In this document: piece after piece, positions 9,516 through 17,223 of the stretch
Layout of the letters: each line of letters starts with the position of its first letter
How positions within the stretch are numbered: position 1 is the stretch's first letter
Source of the DNA: Candidatus Zixiibacteriota bacterium
GTDB taxonomy: Bacteria; Zixibacteria; MSB-5A5; GN15; FEB-12
Direction: 5' to 3'
DNA: 64,000 nt
NCBI GenBank assembly: GCA_024280215.1
Contig: JAJRQO010000021.1
Span: 27,827 to 91,826, forward strand
Made by a program: the position numbers and the translations under genes
The notes under the pieces: model-generated
What the model was told of the DNA's origin: nothing
Seen by the model: the letters and a program-made list of their open reading frames with translations, nothing else
The model's database searches: none

Positions 9516-10691
9516 ATGAAAAGCACTATAACAAATCTGTTCTGTCCATCCTGCAATAAAGAATACAAACATACAATTCTTATCAATCTCTGTGAGTGCG
9601 GTCTGCCACTTTTAGTCAACTATGACTTAGAAAAAGCAAAAACAACTCTCACCAAAGAATCTCTCCCCCATCGGCAAAATTCAATGTGGCGATACACGGA
9701 AGTTCTGCCTGTATTAAAAACTGAAAACATCGTCACCCTTGGTGAGGGGATGACTCCGCTTCAGTCATCGGTCTCAATCGGTAATAAATATGGCGTCAAT
9801 AATTTATACTTCAAAGATGAATCGACTAACCCAACAGGTTCTTTCAAAGCGAGAGGTTTGGCGATGGCGGTCTCCAAGGCAAAAGAACTCGGAGTTAAGA
9901 AAATCATTATCCCAACCGCTGGCAATGCTGGCTCCGCCCTTGCCGCCTACTGTGCCAGAGCAAATATTAAATGCAAAGTCATCATGCCCGACTCTACTCC
10001 CGATGCATTTGCCATCGACGTCATATATCATGGTGGCGAGGTTGAAAAAGTTGCGGGCTCTATCAAAGATGCGGGAGTACGAGTGCATGAGCTTGTTGAA
10101 AATGAAAACTGGTTCGCTGTCTCAACGCTCAAAGAACCGTACCGTATCGAAGGTAAAAAAACGATGGGTTACGAACTTGCCGAACAACTCGACTTTGTTT
10201 TACCAGATGTTATCATCTATCCAACAGGTGGCGGGACAGGACTTATCGGTATGTGGAAAGCATTCGACGAGATGGAACAACTCAGGTGGATTGACAGCAG
10301 ACGCCCAAAGATGGTCTCGGTACAGTCTATAGGATGCGCCCCGATTGTCAAAGCGTTCAACGATGGAACAAATAACGCTGAACTTTGGGAGAACCCAACC
10401 ACTCACGCCGCTGGTCTTCGGGTACCTGGTGCGATTGGTGATTTTTTGATACTTGATGCGATACGAAAATCAAACGGGACAGCTTTGGCGGTATCAGAGG
10501 AGGCAATTTCAAACGGAACAAAAGATATGTCATGCCTTGAGGGTATCTTCCCAGCTCCTGAGGGTGGTGCATCGCTTGCTGCTTTTTATGAATTAGTGAA
10601 ATCTGAATTTATCAAACAAGATGATACGGTTGTAATTTTCAATACAGGAAGCGGATATAAATATTTGGATGTGCTAAAAGAACGGATATAA
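9516..10691 (+). CDS. thrC: Threonine synthase (PLP-dependent) with N-terminal Zn-ribbon
   Basis: 391 aa. CPSCN...CECG ribbon, PLP-lysine motif NPTGSFKARG, and a glycine loop GNAGSA. Confidence 0.85.
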   Translation: MKSTITNLFCPSCNKEYKHTILINLCECGLPLLVNYDLEKAKTTLTKESLPHRQNSMWRYTEVLPVLKTENIVTLGEGMTPLQSSVSIGNKYGVNNLYFKDESTNPTGSFKARGLAMAVSKAKELGVKKIIIPTAGNAGSALAAYCARANIKCKVIMPDSTPDAFAIDVIYHGGEVEKVAGSIKDAGVRVHELVENENWFAVSTLKEPYRIEGKKTMGYELAEQLDFVLPDVIIYPTGGGTGLIGMWKAFDEMEQLRWIDSRRPKMVSVQSIGCAPIVKAFNDGTNNAELWENPTTHAAGLRVPGAIGDFLILDAIRKSNGTALAVSEEAISNGTKDMSCLEGIFPAPEGGASLAAFYELVKSEFIKQDDTVVIFNTGSGYKYLDVLKERI

Positions 10692-10701
10692 AATAACAGA
10701 T

Positions 10702-11241
10702 TTACTTATCCCCAAATTTCTCGAGAAATATTCTAAACCTATCTATATTTTCTTGCAGAAGTTTACCTTGGTCAACTTTTGCACCTGATTTTGCCAATAC
10801 TAAAACATTGTTTCCTAAAGCTATTTCCCATAATTGTTGTTCTGTTATTTCATAGAAAAACTTACTTGTCTCGGAAATATATTGATTTCCTATTGAATAG
10901 ATTTTATTTTCAAAATAATCATTAGGTGTGAGTGAAATAAAATTACCATCGACAGAAAATATAATAGAATCTACTGCAAAACTTTTATTTGAAGCCATAC
11001 GAGAATATGTTTCATATACAACATAATAACGCTCATCCCCTACAACTTCAACTTTTTTCAGCAACATAATTTCATAAGATGGAGTATTATCATCATAAGA
11101 TATCTTAATATTTCTTGCGACATAATGAGGACCTGCTTGCTCTGCACTTGAAATTTTATCATAATCAGGAAGCGATGTAGAAACACAACCTCCAATTATA
11201 AAAATAAGCACTAAAAATAATAGTGTTTTGGCTTTAATCAT
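10702..11241 (-). CDS. Lipoprotein, unknown function
   Basis: 179 aa. Signal peptide with lipobox FIIGGC. Confidence 0.65.
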   Translation of the reverse strand: MIKAKTLLFLVLIFIIGGCVSTSLPDYDKISSAEQAGPHYVARNIKISYDDNTPSYEIMLLKKVEVVGDERYYVVYETYSRMASNKSFAVDSIIFSVDGNFISLTPNDYFENKIYSIGNQYISETSKFFYEITEQQLWEIALGNNVLVLAKSGAKVDQGKLLQENIDRFRIFLEKFGDK

Positions 11242-11272
11242 AGCAAAGTATATAATAATATCTGCTTTAGAA

Positions 11273-11309
11273 CAACAAAAAAGCCTCGCGAGACTTAACT
11301 ACGAGGCTT
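11273..11309 (-). terminator. Rho-independent terminator at the 3' end of the SRP RNA
   Basis: Stem aagcctcg / cgaggctt (11281-11288 and 11302-11309), followed on the minus strand by TTTTTTG. Confidence 0.8.
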
Positions 11310-11318
11310 TATATTTAT

Positions 11319-11457
11319 GTGACAGCCAGCTGGCTCCTACCGGGGAAACTCGCAACACACAGAAAAGAACTATTTACGGCTGCTACCTTCCAGTCCTGAC
11401 CGGGTTCACAGGTATCTGTTGTACAAGACCCAATTATCAATACTGCTCAACTGTCAC
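11319..11457 (-). ncRNA. ffs: Signal recognition particle RNA (small bacterial type)
   Basis: The minus strand reads ...CCCGGTCAGGACTGGAAGGTAGCAGCC..., matching the conserved helix-8 core of 4.5S RNA (GGUCAGG...GGAA tetraloop...AGCAGCC). Termini GTGACAG / CTGTCAC pair as a closing helix, and a terminator follows. Ends are uncertain by about 10 nt. Confidence 0.8.
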
Positions 11458-11530
11458 TATATCTATCTAAATTTCAAAGAACAATCTACACACACCCGAC
11501 CCATCTGTTGTAGGGCTGTCTTTCAAGTCC

Positions 11531-11606
11531 CTTCGACTCCGCTCAGGGTGACTTCAAAGACAACAACTTACTATCTGTCATGCTGAGCGGAGTCGAAGTA
11601 TGTTCA
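11531..11606 (+). repeat. Hairpin repeat, family 1, full copy
   Basis: Inverted arms cttcgactccgctcag (11531-11546) and ctgagcggagtcgaag (11583-11598). Clearly homologous to 36250-36324. The right arm recurs at 41556 and, reversed, at 44135. Confidence 0.85.
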
Positions 11607-11718
11607 TAAAACAAAATCTTTATCAACAGTCCCTTTAGCGAGGGGTAAAACCTTAAAGCAAATTGAAAGTAATACAGAATTAGCAATAGGTAAAGAAGTT
11701 TTTTAAATTTACCTCAAC

Positions 11719-12822
11719 TTATTTATTAGCATGAATTTGCCGTCTGAGACCTTTGATGTCACAGGCGTAGAAAATTCCATTTTCGATATACAACCCTTCG
11801 ATTTCTTCCCGAATCTCATAATCCTGATTGACCCCAAAGATTTTCCCATCATATAAAACCGCAATCGAATCTTTGACCGTATGCCCTACGATTATATTTG
11901 TAACATCATAATAGTCTAATAACAAATCAACTTCGGACATTGTCAGTTGTTTATATTTTTCCATATCATAATGATAACCACGATACCATATTGGTCCAAA
12001 TGAGCTGAATAAGTTTTTCAATGTTGTGTCTGCTTTGATAGAATCTCTTGGCATATCAATATTTGCCCGAATAGTTTCGTTGATAAACTCAAGAGAATAA
12101 TTATTGTGCATCATCTTTGGAGAAATCCCCGCATGCACAAACAGGATTCCGTTGATAACTTCAATTACATTTTTAGAACGAAGCCATCGACCTAAGACAG
12201 TATTAACTCCAAATAAATTCGAATATGAGCTATCACTATCTAAGAGTTCAGCAGTTTTTTGATACTTTTTATTGATATATCGCAAATCATTTTGTAACGG
12301 CATTATTTCATGATTACCCAGGAGATAATGTACTTTCCCACCGGCTTTTTCTGCCTCTTGTTCTAATCTGTATATCATCCATAATATCTCAGTGACTTTA
12401 TCTCCCCTATCGAGCATGTCACCATCGATGACAAGATGTCCATCCCCAAATGACCAATAAAGATTTGAGTCGACAATATGATTATTGATAAGAAGTTCAC
12501 AGAGATATTCGTATTCACCATGAATATCAGAAAAAACAAAAAGTTTGGATGCTTCATTATACTTATATTTTGATTGTACAAGAGGTGGCATTTTTATTGT
12601 ATATGAATGAGAACTAAAATCCCCAATATCATTTATAAAAGTAATTGAGTTATGTCCGTATTCTTTAAAGACATATACAGTATTTGTCAATACAAAGGAA
12701 ATTTCAATTGTTGTATCGTTTTCTATTGTGACATACGGACCATCTGGATAATTCATCATATGACCAGCTGTTGCAATAATAGAGAATTGTAATGTCAAAA
12801 TAAATACTAATAAATATTTCAT
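11719..12822 (-). CDS. Secreted PPP-family metallophosphoesterase
   Basis: 367 aa. Signal peptide. Motifs SDIHG, GDMLDRGD, GNHE and VHAG match the calcineurin-like phosphoesterase signature GDxHG / GDxxDRG / GNHE. Confidence 0.8.
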   Translation of the reverse strand: MKYLLVFILTLQFSIIATAGHMMNYPDGPYVTIENDTTIEISFVLTNTVYVFKEYGHNSITFINDIGDFSSHSYTIKMPPLVQSKYKYNEASKLFVFSDIHGEYEYLCELLINNHIVDSNLYWSFGDGHLVIDGDMLDRGDKVTEILWMIYRLEQEAEKAGGKVHYLLGNHEIMPLQNDLRYINKKYQKTAELLDSDSSYSNLFGVNTVLGRWLRSKNVIEVINGILFVHAGISPKMMHNNYSLEFINETIRANIDMPRDSIKADTTLKNLFSSFGPIWYRGYHYDMEKYKQLTMSEVDLLLDYYDVTNIIVGHTVKDSIAVLYDGKIFGVNQDYEIREEIEGLYIENGIFYACDIKGLRRQIHANK

Positions 12823-12832
12823 TTTATTTCCT

Positions 12833-13084
12833 CTACGGATGAATCATTTTCTGGACTATTGGTGTGAGACCTGAGAAGAAAAACTCAAACAAGACCTGTC
12901 CCGAAAAAGCAAACATGACCAGCGTTAAAAATGCTATAATAACAGCTTTACGGGCAGTTTTATTGCGGGCTTTACTGTCAAGCGACGAGGTCATCGTCAT
13001 AAATACAGGCATCACCCCGAGCGGATTTATCAGGGTAAAAAACGATGTGAAGCAAAGTAGCACAAATGTAAGTGTTTCTGACAT
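12833..13084 (-). pseudogene. MarC-family (UPF0056) membrane protein remnant, N-terminal ~70 residues only
   Basis: 83 aa. LINPLGVMPVFMTMT is the MarC N-terminal signature, but the family is about 200 aa. The ORF ends 10 nt before the next gene, so no room remains for the rest. Confidence 0.5.
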
Positions 13085-13176
13085 AAACGCATATTAGCAA
13101 ATAACAATCAAAAAGCAAAGGTTATTTAATCATGGGAAGAACAGTAGATATATGTCCCTCTAGAAATAACCATTCC

Positions 13177-13279
13177 TTAATAGTTGTGTCGGGTGCTTTC
13201 ATGCTTAGCATGATACACCTGACACGTAATAAATCTGTCAGTTCTCAATTCGCAAGCGAATAAGAAACTGACAGAACTT
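13177..13279 (+). repeat. Two-hairpin structured repeat, copy 1
   Basis: ttaatagttgtgtcgggtgctttcatgcttagcatgatacacctgacacgtaataaatctgtcagttctcaattcgcaagcgaataagaaactgacagaactt. Near-identical to copy 2 at 14356-14457 and homologous to the reversed copy at 62997-63104. Confidence 0.9.
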
Positions 13280-13308
13280 TAAAAGATTATAGTTTGGTTC
13301 TTAGTCAT

Positions 13309-14295
13309 TTATATCAAATCAGGCAAATATTTTAAGAACAATTCAAGAGTTTCATCCTTTAATGTGGTATGAATAGGAATATGTAATTTCTTACTTAATG
13401 CAATCTCTCTTTGTTTATAAGCATCAGTCATATTAGTTCCCATAGTAATTACAATTCCACTATCAATTTTTTCATGACTATTATAAGCTAATTCAATCTG
13501 ATCTAATGGGTCAAAAGCAGAAATTTCGTCAAACCACATTTTCACCTGAATCGCATTTCTATGCAATACACCAAGAGCATCATTTGAGTTACTTATGAAA
13601 TCAGCACCTTTTTCTTTTGGACCAGCGTGTTTTTCTACTTTATCATGACCATACAACATTTTTAGGACTTCAAAAATTGGAGCTTCAAATTCAGTGGCAT
13701 TATATTTATCTTTAAGTTCTTTTTCTAAGTGTAACTTAGACAGTTTTTTTATCTCAAATAATTTCTCTTGAATAGGAGTTGGTTGCGATAAATCTTCATT
13801 TCGTTTTAAAGTATTTACAATTTTATCAATATCGGACTTATAACCTCTGATATTCCAAAGCCGCATTGGTGTTTTCATAGTTCCACGTAAGAATGCAGAT
13901 ACATCTATATTGTGAGGATGTATAAATGAATCACCTGTAAGCAACTTAACTTCTAAGACATGTCCATAATCACCAGATTTATGATTACGTTTGAAACTAT
14001 ATCCTCCAGTAACTTCGGCGATTAACCACTTACCGTAATCAGGTAAATTTGGAGTAATTATAATATCTCCCACTTGAATACTGTCTAATTCATTAGGGTG
14101 CATTTTTCTATTCCCACGCCAACAAGCAATTTGGTCAGCATTTAAAAATTTCCCTGATTTATTACAACTCCGAATAGTATTCAAATCTTGGCTAACGTCA
14201 TATCCCCACCCTTGCCTTAATCGACCTTCTTTTAATTCAGAATAGAAATAATCCCTATTTTCAGAATCTGTTCTAAATGCCCAATAGTTGCCCAT
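13309..14295 (-). CDS. Mrr-type PD-(D/E)xK restriction endonuclease-like protein with an N-terminal PUA/EVE-like domain (COG4127-like architecture)
   Basis: 328 aa. C-terminal half: FEAPIFEVLKMLYG...KGADFISN...AIQVKMW fits the Mrr_cat pattern (FE..., G-D, Q-x-K). N-terminal half: YWAFRT...GRLRQGWGY...VGDIIITP...WLIAEVTG resembles PUA-like reader domains fused to such nucleases. The gene is visibly AT-richer than dnaX. Confidence 0.7.
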   Translation of the reverse strand: MGNYWAFRTDSENRDYFYSELKEGRLRQGWGYDVSQDLNTIRSCNKSGKFLNADQIACWRGNRKMHPNELDSIQVGDIIITPNLPDYGKWLIAEVTGGYSFKRNHKSGDYGHVLEVKLLTGDSFIHPHNIDVSAFLRGTMKTPMRLWNIRGYKSDIDKIVNTLKRNEDLSQPTPIQEKLFEIKKLSKLHLEKELKDKYNATEFEAPIFEVLKMLYGHDKVEKHAGPKEKGADFISNSNDALGVLHRNAIQVKMWFDEISAFDPLDQIELAYNSHEKIDSGIVITMGTNMTDAYKQREIALSKKLHIPIHTTLKDETLELFLKYLPDLI

Positions 14296-14355
14296 GAAAA
14301 TCTCCTATAAATTTAATTTAAGTGTCATATCTAATATACCACCATCACATCAAGA

Positions 14356-14457
14356 TTAATAGTTGTGTCGGGTGCTTTCATGCTTGCATGATACACCTGA
14401 CACTTAATAAATCAGTCAGTTCTCAATTCGCAAGCGAATAAGGAACTGACTGAACTT
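14356..14457 (+). repeat. Two-hairpin structured repeat, copy 2
   Basis: Direct repeat of copy 1. It differs by one indel in the hairpin-A loop and a compensatory pair in hairpin B (ctgtcag/ctgacag becomes cagtcag/ctgactg). Lies 73 nt upstream of the dnaX start. Confidence 0.9.
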
Positions 14458-14529
14458 CTATCTATTTTCAATCACATTTAATTAAATTATGATTTCCCAT
14501 CCACACTTTTTTTACTATATTAAAAGTCT

Positions 14530-16242
14530 ATGAGTTATGTCGTATTTGCAAGAAAATATCGCCCAATGTCGTTTGACGACGTTGTCGCACAAGAACATGT
14601 TACCAAAACCCTCCAAAACGGTATCAAAAACGACCGTATTGGACAGGGCTACCTTTTCTGTGGTCCTCGTGGTACGGGTAAAACGACCACCGCACGAATT
14701 TTAGCCAAAGCGATCAATTGTGCAGATGGTCCAGCCGTGAATCCATGTGGCAAATGCGATGCTTGTGAAGAAATCACCAAAGGTGTCTCACTTGATGTCC
14801 TTGAAATTGATGCTGCCTCAAATACTGGCGTTGATGATATCCGCACGATACGTGAAAATGTTCGCTACATGCCAACATCAGGACATAAACGAATTTATAT
14901 TATCGACGAAATCCACCGTCTCTCGGCATCGGCATTTGATGCACTGCTAAAGACTCTCGAAGAACCTCCACCGCATGTCATGTTTATCTTTGCGACAACT
15001 GAACCTCTCAAAGTTCCCGAGACAATTCTTTCACGAACTCAGCGATTTGATTTCAAATTAGTTTCTATCGATGACTTAGCAAAACATCTCAAAATGATAG
15101 CAGGTAAAGAAAAATTAGACATTTCAGAATCTGCCCTACGTCTTGTTGCCAGAAAAGCAAATGGCTCGGTGCGAGATTCTCTTTCGCTTTTAGACCAAAT
15201 TGCCGCTTTTGCCGATGGTGCTGTTTCTGAAGAAAAAGTTATCGAGGCTTTAGGCTTAGTTGACAAACAGCTGCTTTTTGATTTTGTCAATGCTATCTCA
15301 AATAAAGAAAAATTAACGACTCTGCAAATCATAAAAACTATTTTTGAAAATGGGGTCGACTCCAAAGATTTTGTCGCAGAACTGATGGAACATCTTCGGA
15401 TTCTTTTAGTCCTCACGACTGATAAATCTGCATCGGAACTTCTGAATGTCTCTGCCGATGATTTAACTGAGTATCAAAAACAAGCGGAGAACTATTCCGT
15501 CGGTGATATTATCCGTCTGATGAAAATCGGTTCGTCGATGAACAACGACCTCAAATTTTCGGGGCTTGATGAGCGACTTATCCTTGAGATGAATGCTGTT
15601 AAAATGGCAGAAATTGAATCTACAGTCAAATTTGAACAGGTCTTAGCATATCTCAAAAGAAACCCTGTTCACAATGTAAGTACTGCATCAACAAGCTCTA
15701 ATCAGGCTGAAAAAAAAAAGAGTATAATTAACCCTCCCAAAGTAACATTTGTAAAACCTCAAGCAGAACAAGCACCGCCTCCTACTCACCAACATGAAAC
15801 GAATTCCGAAGCATCACATAAGCCAGATGAATTTCCAAACAGGGTTACGCTCCCAATGCTTCAAACAGGTTGGAAAAAATTTCTCTCAGCTTTTCATAAA
15901 AAACGCCCGATGCTAGCATCACAACTTGGATTAGTACAGATAAACGATGTGACCAATTCGGTTGTCCAGTTTACCTACCCCGCATCTGGAGAAAATTCAA
16001 AACTTATTGTTGAAAAAAATGATAATATAAATTTAATTACAGAATCAATGAGTGAACATTTTCAGGCAAAACTGAGTATAAAGTTCACCTTAGATAAAAA
16101 CAACACCAGTTCACAACAAAGAACTGATGAAAAAGAAAACGCAAATGAGAAGCTCAATGAACTTGTTTCAAACTCAAGTAGGATTAAAAATCTTATTGAA
16201 AAAGTTGAAGGCACAGTCATTGGCATTAAAAAAGTGACATAG
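14530..16242 (+). CDS. dnaX: DNA polymerase III subunit gamma/tau
   Basis: 570 aa. Walker A GPRGTGKTT, Zn module CGKCDACEE, and the SRTQRF sensor motif. Followed by ybaB and recR as in the classic operon. Confidence 0.95.
   Translation: MSYVVFARKYRPMSFDDVVAQEHVTKTLQNGIKNDRIGQGYLFCGPRGTGKTTTARILAKAINCADGPAVNPCGKCDACEEITKGVSLDVLEIDAASNTGVDDIRTIRENVRYMPTSGHKRIYIIDEIHRLSASAFDALLKTLEEPPPHVMFIFATTEPLKVPETILSRTQRFDFKLVSIDDLAKHLKMIAGKEKLDISESALRLVARKANGSVRDSLSLLDQIAAFADGAVSEEKVIEALGLVDKQLLFDFVNAISNKEKLTTLQIIKTIFENGVDSKDFVAELMEHLRILLVLTTDKSASELLNVSADDLTEYQKQAENYSVGDIIRLMKIGSSMNNDLKFSGLDERLILEMNAVKMAEIESTVKFEQVLAYLKRNPVHNVSTASTSSNQAEKKKSIINPPKVTFVKPQAEQAPPPTHQHETNSEASHKPDEFPNRVTLPMLQTGWKKFLSAFHKKRPMLASQLGLVQINDVTNSVVQFTYPASGENSKLIVEKNDNINLITESMSEHFQAKLSIKFTLDKNNTSSQQRTDEKENANEKLNELVSNSSRIKNLIEKVEGTVIGIKKVT
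15710..15719 (+). other. A10 homopolymer in dnaX, a candidate frameshift or transcriptional-slippage site
   Basis: Codons 394-397 are GAA AAA AAA AAG. The -1 frame then reads GAG TAT AAT TAA and the +1 frame reads GTA TAA. Confidence 0.4.
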
Positions 16243-16276
16243 TTACTAAAATTGATTAATTTGAAGGAGTAGAAAA

Positions 16277-16606
16277 ATGGCTAAAGGCGGTGGAATGGGT
16301 AACATGATGAAACAAGTACAGCAGATGCAAGCAAAAATGGAAAAAATGCAGGCTGAACTTGAAGAAATGGAAATCGAAGCATCATCTGGTGGTGGTATGG
16401 TAACTGTTGTTTGTAATGGTAAGCAAGATGTACTTTCTATTACTTTGGATCCAGAAGTTGTCGATAAAGAAGATATAGAAATGCTACAGGATTTAATTGT
16501 TGCCGCTATCAAGCAAGCAAAAGAAAAAGCTGGTGATATACAATCTGAAAACATGTCACAAATTACTGGTGGAATGAATCTCCCTGGTATGAACCTGCCT
16601 TTTTAG
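16277..16606 (+). CDS. ybaB: Nucleoid-associated protein YbaB/EbfC
   Basis: 109 aa. MMKQVQQMQAKMEKMQAEL...SSGGGMVTV is typical of the family. GGAG Shine-Dalgarno upstream. Confidence 0.9.
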   Translation: MAKGGGMGNMMKQVQQMQAKMEKMQAELEEMEIEASSGGGMVTVVCNGKQDVLSITLDPEVVDKEDIEMLQDLIVAAIKQAKEKAGDIQSENMSQITGGMNLPGMNLPF

Positions 16607-16619
16607 GTTACAGGTATAG

Positions 16620-17219
16620 ATGTTTAAATCCGCAAGTTCTGTAGAAAGACTCGCTAACCGCTTAGCACGACTTCCTGGTATTGGTCGAAAATCTGCTAAT
16701 CGTTTGGCATTTCATATTTTAAAACTTACTAAAGAAGAAGCTTTTGAATTGGCTGATACAATTCGTGAGGTCAAAGATAAAGTTGGTTTTTGTACGGTCT
16801 GTAATAACATCTCCGAGACAGACCCATGTCAAATTTGCACTGACCCAAAACGTACAAAAAATATTATCTGTGTCGTAGAAGAAACTCCCGATGCGGCCGC
16901 TATTGATAAAGCTGAAAGTTTCAATGGCATGTTTCATATTTTAGGTGGTAAGCTCTCCCCTCTTGATGGTATCGGACCTGATGATTTAAAGATATCCGAA
17001 CTGTTAGCACGTATACATGACGGTGATATTACTGAGATAATTTTAGCAACGAATCCAAATGTCGAAGGTGAAGCGACTGCACTGTATTTATCAGGCCTGC
17101 TCAAACCGCTTGGATTAAAAGTAAGCCGAATAGCACGAGGTCTCCCTGTTGGTTCTGATTTAGAATACGCTGACTCGGCAACACTCTCACGAGCATTAGA
17201 AGGCCGTCAGGAATTTTAA
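16620..17219 (+). CDS. recR: Recombination protein RecR
   Basis: 199 aa. HhH motif LPGIGRKSANRLAF, Cys4 finger CTVCNN...CQIC, and a Toprim domain. Confidence 0.95.
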   Translation: MFKSASSVERLANRLARLPGIGRKSANRLAFHILKLTKEEAFELADTIREVKDKVGFCTVCNNISETDPCQICTDPKRTKNIICVVEETPDAAAIDKAESFNGMFHILGGKLSPLDGIGPDDLKISELLARIHDGDITEIILATNPNVEGEATALYLSGLLKPLGLKVSRIARGLPVGSDLEYADSATLSRALEGRQEF

Positions 17220-17223
17220 TAAC

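Noticed and set aside
13132-13263. 43-codon ORF running through repeat copy 1
   Set aside because: Copy 2 has a 1-nt indel (tagcatg versus tgcatg) that puts a stop in the same frame. The conservation is structural, not coding.
13177-13279. Integron attC site or gene cassette
   Set aside because: The element folds as two separate hairpins rather than one R''-L''/L'-R' bulged stem. I could not find RYYYAAC / GTTRRRY cores at its ends, and gene-versus-element polarity is not consistent between loci. No intI is in the window. The cassette-like idea is kept only as a loose analogy.
13177-14457. Possible CRISPR array, because of direct repeats
   Set aside because: There are only two copies, each ~102 bp long, 1.18 kb apart and enclosing a full-length ORF. 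No short regular repeat-spacer periodicity appears anywhere in the window.
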